DNA of 64,000 bases, from positions 74,977 to 138,976 of the forward strand of contig NW_027192227.1 in the NCBI RefSeq assembly GCF_041956535.1, written 5' to 3'. The notes under the pieces were generated by a model, which saw nothing but the letters and a program-made list of their open reading frames with translations, did no database searches and was not told the origin of the DNA. Both the position numbers and the translations under genes were made by a program. Positions within the stretch are counted from its first letter, which is position 1, and every line of letters begins with the position of its first letter. Positions 38,186 through 50,500 of the stretch are shown here, one piece after another. Source of the DNA: Calcarisporiella thermophila CBS 279.70 (Eukaryota; Fungi; Calcarisporiellomycota).

Positions 38186-40780
38186 GGATATAACACAAGG
38201 GTTGGAGAATTAGGCTCACAACTATCTGGAGGCCAAAAGCAACGTATTGCCTTAGCGAGAGCCTTAATTCGTAATCCAGCAATCCTGCTGTTAGATGAGG
38301 CGACTTCTGCACTGGACACTACATCTGAAAAGCTGGTGCAAGAAGCACTGAAATCTGCATCCAAAAATCGGACGACCCTAATTATTGCACATCGACTCTC
38401 TACGGTTCGTGACGCAGATTGGATAGTAGTGGTAGAAAAAGGTAGAATAATTGAGCAGGGCTCGCATGCACAATTAATGGCAAACGAGGGTACTTATATG
38501 GCATACGTACAAATGCAGCGGCTCAAAGATGATGAGGCCAACAAGGAAGATAACCTTAATGATATATCCTCAAATATAACCAGTAAAATAGAGCATGATA
38601 GCAAGACGATCGTAATACATGACTCCAAACGTGACAATAAATTGAATGAGGCGATCGGGATAGATATCTCAGCTGAAAAACGACCAATATACAGAACATT
38701 AAAAATGATGTCCCCTGAATGGAAGTTGATCGTATTAGCCACATTTGGCGGCCTTATTATTGGAGCTGTAAGATGTTTTTTCAGACTTGTTTAGATTTAT
38801 ATAATAACTAACTGATCATATTTCCAGAGTTTTCCTATTTCAGGTCTGTTAATGGGTCGTTTGATCGAAGTATATGGTCTGCCACTTGATCAAGTGGAGG
38901 AAGCTGCCAAATATGTGTCTCTCTTCTTTTGTAAGGAAATCAAATCTAACAACCATTTTCATACTAAAATATATGACAACATCTTGTAATATAGTCGTAT
39001 TGGCTATCATTTGTTCCATTGCAGGTTTTCTAAGAAACGGGGTATCTATGTTTTGTGGTGAACGTTTCGTTCGACGATTGCGAGCGAAAACATTTAGCAA
39101 CCTCTTACATCAAGAAATAGCTTTTTTCGACCATCCTGAACAAACTTCAAGCGCTCTCACGTACAGATTAGCTAAAGACGCCACAGAGATATCAGAATTG
39201 CCAAGCTTGATTATTGTCGATGGAGGAAGTGTTTTTTCGGCGGTTTTATTTGGGTTGCTCATAGCATTCAGTTATGGGTGGAAGTTAACTTTGGTACTTC
39301 TTCCAACAATGCCTCTTGTTATTGGTTCATTAATAATCCGCTATAAGTCACTGAATGGGTAATTGCATTCTTATATAGTTTGAAGAGAATTTACTGAAAT
39401 ATAATTTAGTTTTTCAGGAAAGGTAGAAAAAGAATACAGGAGAGCTGGAACGGTTGCAGGAGAGGCTATTCGCGAAATAAGAACTATCGCATCACTTGGC
39501 GCTGAGAATGTTTTCGAGAAGAAGTATGCAGGTTGGTGATCCATCTGACTTTAATTTTCAGCTAAAATTGACAAATGTTATTATATAAACAGATCATTGC
39601 CAAGTGCCCCATAGTTTTGCAATGAAAAAGGCTTTTATTACTTCCATCGGATATGGTTTATCTCAGGGTGTAAATAACCTCGTCTATGTATTGGGATTGT
39701 ATCTCGGAACGCGATTCATACATTTAGGCGAAATGACCTATCATCAAGTTGCAGTAGTATTGTTTACAGTCGTATGGTCATCTATAGGAATAAGCCAATT
39801 CTCTGGTCAAATGCCCAGATTTGTTAAAGCTAGACAAGCCGCCATCAATTTATTTGAGCTTCTGGATAAAAAAACAATGATCGATCCAGATGCACCGGGT
39901 ATATGCGAAGCAATAGCCCCTGGTACTGCTGAACTGCAAAATGTTGCTTTCACCTATCCAATGAGATCCGACGCGATTATATTAAGAGACATATCGATGA
40001 AAATTCAACGATATCAAAAGATCGCCCTAGTAGGTCCGAGTGGATGTGGAAAATCGACCATCATTTCTCTGCTTCTCCGATGGTACGATTGCGATTCGGG
40101 TGCAGTACTCGTTGATGGAATGAATGTTAAAGACTGGCAGCTGGATTCGATACGACAAAGAATTACTTATGTTGGTCAAGAGCCGGTGTTGTTTGATATG
40201 ACGGTGAAGGAGAATATCTTGCTTGGGCGGCGAAAGAACCAAGAAGTGACGCAAGAGGATATCGAAGAGGTGGCAAAGAAGGCAAATATACACGACTTCA
40301 TCTGCAGTCTTCCCAATGGATATCATACACGGGTGGGTGATAAGGGGAAGCAGATTTCTGGAGGTCAAAAGCAAAGAATTGCTATTGCAAGAGCTCTGTT
40401 GAGAAAACCCGAAATCCTATTGTTGGATGAAGCCACCAGTGCACTTGATTCGGACTCGGAGAAGTTGGTACAAGAGGCACTAGATAGCGCCATGGTGGAT
40501 CGTACGACACTTGTCATTGCCCATCGATTATCTACCGTGCAAGATTCGGATCTTATCAGTGAGTGCTTTCATATTCTCAAAGCTGTATGAATAATCCTAA
40601 CCTCATACTATTAGTTGTAATGAAGGATGGTGAGGTAAAGGAAGCAGGGTGAGTTTCATTTTTATTAACTAAACCATTTCTTTGATATTTGACAAATCTA
40701 CAATTAATAGCGAGCATACCAAACTAGTTACATATCCTGGAATATACTGCGAGCTTGTGAGACAACAGAATCTGGATTAA
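38186..40780 (+). pseudogene. ABCB-4: 5'-truncated ABCB; the remaining linker-TMD2-NBD2 frame is fully open (possible ~649-aa half-transporter from ATG 38477)
   Basis: Starts at [17 protein letters not shown], directly after the LTR. Exons 38477-38767, 38828-38930, 38995-39358, 39410-39531, 39593-40558, 40615-40648, 40711-40780 sum to 1950 nt with no stops. Confidence 0.75.
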
Positions 40781-41050
40781 TAATCTGTTGTCAGCAGTCC
40801 ACGTCCAAGCAGTTTATAATAGAATAAGCAACTTCTAATGCGTTGAATAAGAAATCTTTAAGAATCCATATTGGTAGAATTAATATAATTATCAAACTTA
40901 CAAGGGACGATAATGATAACATAAAAGGCATTGTGTAGCTAAAGATATTGATATGGTTTTATCAAAACTATATATAGATACTGTAACATTTAAATTTTCG
41001 GAAATATCGACCTGTTAATATTCTCATTTAATGTGATTCGGCTCGAATAG

Positions 41051-41287
41051 TGTAACAGGACGGCTCGTTTTCATCTTTTCTCATGCTATGAGATGACATC
41101 ATTATTATTAAATTATATGGATTAGCTATTACTTTGTTATTTTTCATGGTAATATTTATGGGAAGGTATATTCATCGGAGGTATCATATTCTTTTCTTAT
41201 TTAACAACCACTTGTTGTTTCTATTGCTCCTCACCGATCCCTATCTTTTAATAAGATCACCTGTCTACCATTCGAGCCCCTGTTACA
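41051..41287 (+). mobile_element. Solo LTR (237 bp) of the gypsy family with 5-bp target-site duplication
   Basis: Termini TGTAACAGG...CCTGTTACA; AATAG on both sides (41046-41050, 41288-41292); paralogous empty site at ~52218-52235. Confidence 0.88.
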
Positions 41288-41927
41288 AATAGTTCGTGTC
41301 ACCTGTCATTGCTACTACTATATGTGCTGTTTTTCGCCCCCTGTTATGCACTCCCAATTTGATGGTTTGGAGGTAGATAATATGAAATATTATAATTGAT
41401 GACCAGTGCTTTATCGACTATATAATAATGACAAAAATACCTCACTCCACTAAATCCATAGGACCAATAGGTGCTCGTATATCAAAAGATATCAAAGTCT
41501 CAAAGGTTAGATTAGTAGGGTGCTTTCATATATCAAACTCAGAATACATCTTATTAGGAATATTTCACATAAAGACAGTATACTGTAGAATCTTACTTCA
41601 TGTCATGTGATATATTGGTGAGTTGTTCCGCTACACAAAGGGAGATATCCAAGAATCGTTTGTTGCGGTATGTTCCTTTAAACCAATTAGCAATACTTAC
41701 AAATTTTACCATAATCACGTCAGGGTAGCCAGCTTGGACTTGTGAGTGCTTTTCAACATTACTTGAAAAACTATAGCAAATTAGTATAGTTTATTCTTGA
41801 ACCTATCAAGCCTTAAATTAGAGTGATTAACTCTCGATTCTCGATTTCCATATCAATGACCCCCAGTAGATAAGGAAGTGAATACAGATATCCTTGATCC
41901 CCACATTTCAAGACCAACATTTCAGCC

Positions 41928-43666
41928 ATGTATACCCATCAATTAATAGCTGCACCATTGGATTCCGTATGCACCACTTCTGCGAACGATTCTGTAGATG
42001 AAACTGATAACCATCTGCAAGAGAATGCTAATCTTCGTGAATTACTCTCAACTTCAGATACTTTACACTTCCATTTCAATCTGAATTCATATACTGATCT
42101 ACATCATCTTCTAAGCGCAAAATATCTTTTTGATGGCGTCTTACTACCGGAATGCCTTCTTCGCCCTCATGCATATACATATACAACTAACAGAGAGCAG
42201 ACAGGTTATTGCTCTTACTTCAAACTCCCTTCTTTTCCGAGGCCAATCGAAGACAATATCATAAGATGGCCGACAAGATCTAACATTGCCAAAAAGAAGC
42301 TGCTCATTGATCAGCTTTTTCATGTCTATTTGAGTGCTTGTTGTGTAGATTCAATTCATCCAGACCGTAAAGCTTTCCTTGAGAGCTACTATTGCTGCGA
42401 ACTTGTGCCAGCTCTCGTCCACACCGCTGTCGCGAGAGCAGCTATCCATATATTTCTCAAATATCCAGAGTCATCACTTATGTGTAAGCTTCGTACGTGT
42501 GTAGGGAGCCTGATTGCAGAAGCAAAGCAATCATTGTCGGAGGTGTTTGATACTCCATCTCCACAGATTGTGCTTGCTTATTCAAATATGGATACATGCC
42601 NNNNNNNNNNNNNNNNNNNNNNNNNNNNNNNNNNNNNNNNNNNNNNNNNNNNNNNNNNNNNNNNNNNNNNNNNNNNNNNNNNNNNNNNNNNNNNNNNNNN
42701 NNNNNNNNNNNNNNNNNNNNNNNNNNNNNNNNNNNNNNNNNNNNNNNNNNNNNNNNNNNNNNNNNNNNNNNNNNNNNNNNNNNNNNNNNNNNNNNNNNNN
42801 NNNNNNNNNNNNNNNNNNNNNNNNNNNNNNNNNNNNNNNNNNNNNNNNNNNNNNNNNNNNNNNNNNNNNNNNNNNNNNNNNNNNNNNNNNNNNNNNNNNN
42901 NNNNNNNNNNNNNNNNNNNNNNNNNNNNNNNNNNNNCTGATAGTTCAAATTTTCAAGTTATCTAACTAGATATTTAAGATACATATCCTAATGACGATTA
43001 TCACGTATTCTAAGCTCATGGAGTTACAAAACATTGATTGGACACTTCCCGATGTTGTAATTGTGCAAAAACTGGCTGGCCTTGCAGCCTATTTGCAAAA
43101 TGAGCAAACCGAATTAAATCAATATTGTTGTGAAGGCAAGCTGCGAAAGATGTACCCCCCTATATTTAATACCGATTTTTGGTCATTTTGGTGTTCTCTT
43201 TGGCGACAATTTATCAAATCGGATGCACCTACCGGGAGACTGGAAACGAATTTGATGCAGCAATTGCGTGAGAAAGCATTCGACGAGTATGTCAAGGTAA
43301 AAGTATTTTTGGATTTATGCATACTCACTGGTTAGTGCTATACTTTCTCTACTCTCCACTAAGCAGAGTTTGATCTATCGCATAAGGTTCTTTGAATGGG
43401 CAATTGGTTCCCGAACCAAATGCAAACTGAGATTTGATGTAGCGATGCAGTTTGTTTGCGAAGATGTTAAATTTATCTCTCAAACACATCCCAGTGTTCA
43501 AATACGGCGCAAGCTATTCTTGGAGCTTATGAAATTATTAAATATATTGCATTCTCCGGAACCCAGAGGAATCTTGACGCAAATACTCATACGTCAATTT
43601 ATGGATGTATTAGAGGAGTTGAAACCAACCGTATTTTCAAAGGAGGTATTGGAACGAGCAGTCTAA
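41928..43666 (+). CDS. MHR-7: Fungal_trans/MHR-like protein without Zn2Cys6 domain (assembly gap inside)
   Basis: GCCATG at 41928; exon 1 is open up to the N gap; exons 3 and 4 are intact. Confidence 0.72.
42601..42936. other. Assembly gap (336 N)
   Basis: Run of N covering the end of MHR-7 exon 1 and exon 2. Confidence 0.99.
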
Positions 43667-44080
43667 TGTTGGTAGAACAATATCAGAAATTAGAAAATGG
43701 TATATTGGAGTGTTTGGATTTTACTGTATTTTTATTGCTTCGTTTGAAACGGCGAAAAATATTGTGTTATACAGAATAGATTACTGGAACACTGTACCTT
43801 CAATAAATCTCTGATATTCAAAAGTTTATGATGGATAGGCTTGAAGATTTTATTTTATATAACGTCCGTCAAAAGCTATCATGCTATTAGGGTTATTCAC
43901 CTCTGATTGTTTTGATACTCGATTATTGTGATTAAAAATAATCCTACCAATCACGTATAGATAGTTCCTTACTCCTTTATCGGGTCGTTCAAGTTTAATT
44001 TTTTCGCTTTTTTGCAGTTTGATTTTCACATTCAATGTATAATATCCAAATCATATATTTTTATGCTTTAATCAACATTC

Positions 44081-45256
44081 ATGCCTGCACTCTCTGAAAG
44101 CGAACTATTAGAAATTTATATTTATTTGATTTTATATTTACTTGAAGATCTGGAAGATGACGATCTTAAATTTAACACTTTAATTATACTCTACACACTT
44201 TACAACACTCAATATTTGCGCCCAGGGATATTGGATCTTAAATCCTCTCATTTTCGTGACAACGTTTTGTTTCGCCTGGATGATGGACGATTTCGAAAAC
44301 AATTTCGCATGTGCAAACAAGCATTTAATGCTTTGGTGCTAATACTTGAGCAAGATCCACTGCTTCACACATCCGGCCCTAATCAACAATTGCCGACATG
44401 GGTACAACTACATATATTTCTTCGTCACCTTTCCAATGGGGACGATGTATTTGATTTGGTTTCAAAATTTTCGATTTCAGAAGGGAAAATCCTAAAGATC
44501 GTGAAGCGAATCACCCTTGCGATCCAGCGCCTTCATTCTAAATACATTACTTGGCCTAATATAAGGAGAAAAGATGAAATTAAGAGCAAGTTCCTCGAGA
44601 TGACCGGCTTTCCTTCTGTAGTAGGCGTGGTAGATGGCACGCATTTTCGTCTAAATCACGCACCCAACAAGGATCCTGAGACTTATTGGACACGAAAGAA
44701 AGAGTATGCGATTCACGCACAACTTATAGTAGATTCCGATTTTCGGTTTATCCACTTCGAAATTGGTTGGCCAGGGTCCGTCCATGATGCTAGAGTATAT
44801 ATGAACTCACAATTTTATCGGCGCCGTGAAGAGCTACTGCATCCACCCGAATATATTATCGGCGACTCGGCCTATCCTCTTTCACCTTTTTGCATCACAC
44901 CTTTTCAAACTCCTCGGTGCCGTCAAGAGATAACGTTCAACACGATATTGTCAAGAAAAGTACGAAATATTGTTGAAAGGACCATCAACCGTCTTAAAAA
45001 GCGTTTCCCAGCTTTCAATTCTTTGCGACTTAGGGAAATGGAGACTAATGTTAGACTGATATCTTGTGGGATTATCTTGCACAATTTCATTGTATCATTT
45101 GGAGATGAATGGGAAGATGATAGAGTGGGTATAACGGAGGATTCAATTAACGGGGAATCGAATATTTCGGAATATGACAGAATTGAGCGTATTTTGGGCA
45201 AAGAAAAGCGAGATGCCTTATTGACTGAGGTGCTCTCGAGAAATGGGTGCGCTTAA
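44081..45256 (+). CDS. PIF/Harbinger (HARBI1-like, DDE_Tnp_4) transposase/nuclease, 391 aa, intronless
   Basis: FRKQFRM, GVVDGTH, WPGSVHDARV, IIGDSAYP, RNIVERTINRLKKRF and ILHNF motifs; D-D-E triad present. Confidence 0.9.
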   Translation: MPALSESELLEIYIYLILYLLEDLEDDDLKFNTLIILYTLYNTQYLRPGILDLKSSHFRDNVLFRLDDGRFRKQFRMCKQAFNALVLILEQDPLLHTSGPNQQLPTWVQLHIFLRHLSNGDDVFDLVSKFSISEGKILKIVKRITLAIQRLHSKYITWPNIRRKDEIKSKFLEMTGFPSVVGVVDGTHFRLNHAPNKDPETYWTRKKEYAIHAQLIVDSDFRFIHFEIGWPGSVHDARVYMNSQFYRRREELLHPPEYIIGDSAYPLSPFCITPFQTPRCRQEITFNTILSRKVRNIVERTINRLKKRFPAFNSLRLREMETNVRLISCGIILHNFIVSFGDEWEDDRVGITEDSINGESNISEYDRIERILGKEKRDALLTEVLSRNGCA

Positions 45257-45326
45257 TGACACGAATAACTTTTGAATTGATTTTGGATCTTTATCTATTT
45301 CAGCCCAAATGCAGGAAAAAAGATTT

Positions 45327-46400
45327 TTAGCTGTCATTTTTTTGCAATGATACTCCCTTTAGTATCTGCACTTCAAATTCGTACATCCCGTCCCTTGCTT
45401 TGATCTCTTCTAACATTAATCTCTCTATCTCCAGCTTTTGTAGCTGGATCTTACGATTATTGTCAAATTCATCTTTGCCTAAGCGTGGCTCTTCTTCCCT
45501 TGTTTCATGAACTAAACGGTATTGATTCTCAATACTATTTATCTCTTCGTCTTCCTTCTGTCGCGTTGAATCCCTTTGTTCAGCCAAAACCTTTACTAGC
45601 TCCATAAGCGAATCGCCAAATTCCCTGATGTACACCTGCGGCTTGATTTGGTATTTGAAGGGCTGTTTCAATCGCCATTAGACATTGATAGAGATGCCAA
45701 GTGTTAACCTAACTATTTTAGGGTTTCGGGTTGTGCTAGAAGTAAAACTACATAGAAAAGAATTTTATTAAGAATAAAATAAGAGTGTAATAGAGCAGAG
45801 ATGCCAATATTTACATAATACGGGCTGAATATTCACCTGTATCTAATACTTTTGGCTTGCACATTTCATTGCATCTCCATTTACAATTATCAATAAGATA
45901 ATTCACATTCTTGGCAGATGACAATATAGTGGAGCCTAGTATATTGTCAAGGATGAAAACGTAGCATCGATTGGGAACATATACTCTGCAGGTCTTTAAG
46001 GCAGCGAGGATCCTGATGACCTTCTAAATGGATCGTGTTATGACTATTCTAACTTTTAATCCATAAATAATCTCTTGTCGCCGCTAAAAATGCGCAAGCA
46101 TATTGGCCCCTGCATCCAGGTCCATGATTGATTTTGTCACCTCCTTCAATTGCGATGCTGTCAGGTGACAGCTGAACTTGCGCTTCAAATCCGTAGTGAA
46201 GACATACATAGCAATTGAGCTCAGAAGATATAAAGTATAAAGTATAGGATACCTGGTAGCATCGTAATCCTTTTCATCATTCCCAACATAACGCAAGTAT
46301 TGATGACATCATCGCATCGAATATATTGTCGCAGAACAATATTCCAAAAGGTTTGCAAAAAATTTAACACCATCACATTAAAACTCTTACAACAAGTCAG
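45327..46400 (-). pseudogene. Degenerate Harbinger second gene (Myb/SANT-like partner expected); charged coiled-coil C-terminus
   Basis: Convergent to the transposase; ORF 45327-45671 is rich in E/K/R; a CYVFILDNILG segment lies at ~45935-45967; the upstream part is fragmented. Identity inferred mainly from position. Confidence 0.45.
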
Positions 46401-47551
46401 AATTTGATCAAACTGAAATTCAAGCTTGAGTTCCAGTTTTTTTTTGCCCGATCATTCTGTTTAGGTCGGTCAAGTTCATCATTAAAACTCCATGTATGCC
46501 ATTCCTCCAAATGTTGACTCTTTCGATGGTGGAAACTCAAAACTCTCAGGTTCACATATTTAGCCCAAGGTCGGAGCTTCAACTGCTAGAAGTGAATAGA
46601 ATAGAATAGAAATCTTATCCTAATCCCAACTCGAACACGTGTTATAATAGGGTATACAATTGAGAGGTCTAACACTGCTATATGCTCTAATTAAAGCAAT
46701 CTTGGTGATTGTAAAAGTTATTATCCGCATTTAGATAACTTTAGACATAAATTATACCAATTATCTTGCTAATACATGTAAAGCTACACAATACCTCGGA
46801 GCTCCAACAGGTACATTGGGACCAAATTGTAATCCTTGCCGGGATTATTGGAACAACCCTCGCAATTCTAACCAGATGGGTCGAATAAGAATATTAGGAG
46901 GTCATAGGAATAAAGGTTACATGAGTACGAAGTCGACGAGAGCTAGATGGATAGGCGACCCAAATTTACCACTCTTAATTATGCGATTTCTGTCATCGTG
47001 CCATGTGAATAAGCTTAACTAAGCGAAAAAAAAATAAAAGGCTTAAATCGACAACTTTAATCACCAGCCTGAGAACGGTTGCTTTTACAATTCCACGAAT
47101 AAAATTCATTTAGCCAAAATTATTCATTTCACCGTACAAACCATTTTAAGCTCTAAGATGAAATTGAAAAGTCTCCTACAAAGGTACATTATATCTGCAA
47201 ATATAATCAACAACAGGTTTTATACAAGAAAAGTTTGAGCAGTAAAAACAGTAGCTATACATATTCCATTTGTATTACAATAGTGATGGCTACGCTTGAT
47301 GGGAATATAGGTTGTAATACAGCTCTTTTATAACAAAAAAAAATACTAATGATAACCTTAGATTCGCTAACATGATTTGTGCTAGGTTACATGTTAACTT
47401 AGAAGTGGGCTTTTGAGGTTTATACTCCAGAGTATAAAATGGGCTTGATTGAAGGTTATATGCGTAGGTGAAATTTTCCTGAATGTTTTTTTGTTACTAT
47501 ATTGTATTAAATAATTCAATCCAAAACTAAAAGCACCTAGTTTTCTCATCT

Positions 47552-50500
47552 ATGGAGCTCTCCACATTGAATGGTCCTAGCGATACCAAATCTATCCGAT
47601 TGCCGAAAAGAAAAAAAATACTGAAAAATCCATTCCTTAAGCAGTCAAACCAAAGCAAGAATGACGAAGTTTCCAAGATATCCTATTTACAGCTCTATCG
47701 ATATGCGAGTAAGTTTGATATGTTTTTGATTTTGTAAGTGTTTACTTAGGATATGATCGATTCCATGCTCTTATTAAACATTTCTTACAGCCTCGGGATA
47801 GTATCTAGTATTACGGCAGGCATTTCAAAATCGTTTGTTATTGTGTTTCTATGGAAAGCAGTTGCTATCATCAGATCGATAGATGCTCTAAATTCTGACA
47901 ACCAGGATATGAATGATGCCATTATACCACTTTTAGGATTAGTTATTTCAGTCATACTTTCATCTTATTTATTAAATTGTTTTTGGTCTCTTGTGGGTGA
48001 GAACCAGACAAAGGTAAATGAAATATCCAATTTTCTATGGCATATATCTTATATCCAGTCTGTAAAATTGGATAGCGCATCCGCGAACTTTACTTCCATT
48101 CGATTCTCCACCAAGATCAGAGCTGGTTTGATCTAAACCAGTCGGAGTCACTCAACACTCGCCTTTCATCAGACACTGTGCTTATCCAAGAGGGTCTTTC
48201 AGAAAAAGTTGGGTTCATCATTATGGACACATCGTATGCGATTTGTAATTTTACGCTTGCGTTTTATTTTGGATGGAGGCTGTCGGTTGTTTTGCTCGTG
48301 ATTGTGCCAATGTTTGGATTTTCAGGCTATGCATTTGGACATGTATTAAGGAATCAGACACAAAAAGTGCAGAAGGCTTATTCGAATGCTGGGATGCTAG
48401 TAGAGCAATGCATTTCTGGAATTCGCACAATTGCCTCCTTTTCCATGCAGCAGCAATTTATCGATCACTTCAGTGCATTTCTCAATATTGCCTATCAAGC
48501 TGGCGTACGTAAAGCTACGAGAGCAGGTATGTAAATCAACAGATATGCTTTATTTGAGAAGGACTATATTAATATTGAAATTGAATTGAAGGAATCTTTA
48601 TGGGACTGTTTGAGCTTATTGATTTTAGCGCCTATAGTTTTGCTTTTTGGTATGGGGCACACTTAATTTCTCAAGGAGTTACAACTAGAACGGTGGCATT
48701 ACAAGCATTTTTTTTAATAGCTTCAGGATCGGCGGTAATTGGGTAATTTCTTTCTCTTCTTTACAAATACAATCACGAGAACTATATTCATTCAAACATG
48801 GATAGTCAAATAGCACCCAATTACAAAGCGCTTGTGGAAGCTCAGGTAGCAGCGTATAAAATATTTGCAGTCATTGATCATAAGCCAGCTATCACATCAA
48901 GTATTAAGCCCCAGAGCAAAAGTATCAAACATAGCACTTGCCAAGGCGAGATCACGTTTTGTAACGTTCATTTCAGCTATCCCTCTCGCCCAGGTATCTC
49001 AGCGCTGTCAGGAATCGAACTCAGTATTCCTAGTGGCAGAACCGTCGCACTCGTTGGTGCCTCTGGAGGAGGGAAATCAACCATTACACATTTGATACAG
49101 CGTTTTTATGATCCAACCTCAGGCAATATTCTGCTGGACGGAGTAGATTTGCGTGAGCTTGATGTAACCTGGTTGAGAAGGCAAATAGGAGTAGTTGGAC
49201 AGGAGCCAGTTCTATTCGATGACACTATTCGCAACAACATCGCTCTTGGTGTACCTAATTACAACCCGACACAAAAGGAGATCGAGGAGGCATGTATCAT
49301 GGCAAATTGTCACGATTTCATTAGCAGCCTGCCTCATGGATATGACACAAGGGTCGGTGAACTGGGCTCTCAACTATCCGGAGGCCAAAAGCAGCGCATT
49401 GCACTGGCGAGAGCCTTAATTCGTAATCCAGCAATCCTGCTGTTAGATGAGGCGACTTCTGCACTGGATACTGCATCCGAAAAGCTGGTGCAAGAAGCAC
49501 TGAAATCTGCATCCAAAAATCGAACGACTCTAATCATTGCACATCGACTCTCTACGGTTCGTGAGGCCGACTGGATTGTGGTGGTAGAGAATGGAAAGAT
49601 AGTTGAGCAAGGCACACATGCACAATTAATTGCGAATGAGGGTACTTATATGGCATACGTGCGGAAGCAACAGCTCAAAGATGAAAGGGACAACAAAGAT
49701 GAGAGCTGCATTGAATCCTCCTATAATATGGAGAGTAAAGTAGAGTGGGATAGCAAACCGAGCGTAATACATGATTTGAAGCATAACAATAAATTGGCCG
49801 AAACAATCGGGGGAGATGTCATAGTAGAAAAACGACCAATATATAGGACAATGCGAATGATGTCCCCTGAATGGAAGTTGATTGGGTTAGCCATAATTGG
49901 TGGTCTTGTTATTGGATCTGTGAGTAGCTTTTGTGCTTTTTTTTACTTTTATATATCAACTAACCAATTATTTTTTCCAGGTCTATCCTATTCACGGTCT
50001 ATTCATTGGTCGTATAGTTGACGTTTTCGGACTACCCGCTGATCAAGTGGAAGAAGCTACCAGATTTTGGTCTCTCCTATATGGTAAACACCTCGAATTT
50101 TAATCAATCACTATCAGTCTCTAAAATATCACCCTATTTTGTAATATAGTCGCGTTGGCTATCATTAGCTTCATTGCATCTCTTCTAAGAGACGGGGTGA
50201 CTCTTTTTTGTGGTGAACGCTTCGTTCGGCGATTGCGAGCGCAAACGTTCCGCAATCTCTTACGTCAAGAAATAGCCTTTTTCGACCACCCTGAACACAC
50301 TACAAGTACCCTTACTTACAGATTAGCTAAAGACGCTACGGAGATATCAGAATTGCCAAAATTGGTCATTGTTGATGGAGGAAGTGCTATTTCGGCACTA
50401 TTTTTTGGGTTACTCATAGCCTTTAGTTATGGGTGGAAATTAACATTGACGCTGCTACCGGCAATGCCCCTTATTATAGGCTCGTTGCTTTTCCGCCTTA

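Larger units (their letters stand above)
43890..46598. mobile_element. PIF/Harbinger-type DNA transposon (boundaries tentative)
   Basis: Transposase plus a convergent second gene. Candidate left end TTA|GGGTTATTCACCTCT (43890); imperfect right counterpart AGAAGTGAATA (46588-46598). Confidence 0.6.

Noticed and set aside
42478-42969. Long X-containing ORFs (also 53493-54242)
   Set aside because: Artefacts of translating N gaps.
46593-46612. Short GAATA tandem repeat
   Set aside because: A microsatellite of 3-4 units; not a CRISPR array or telomeric repeat.
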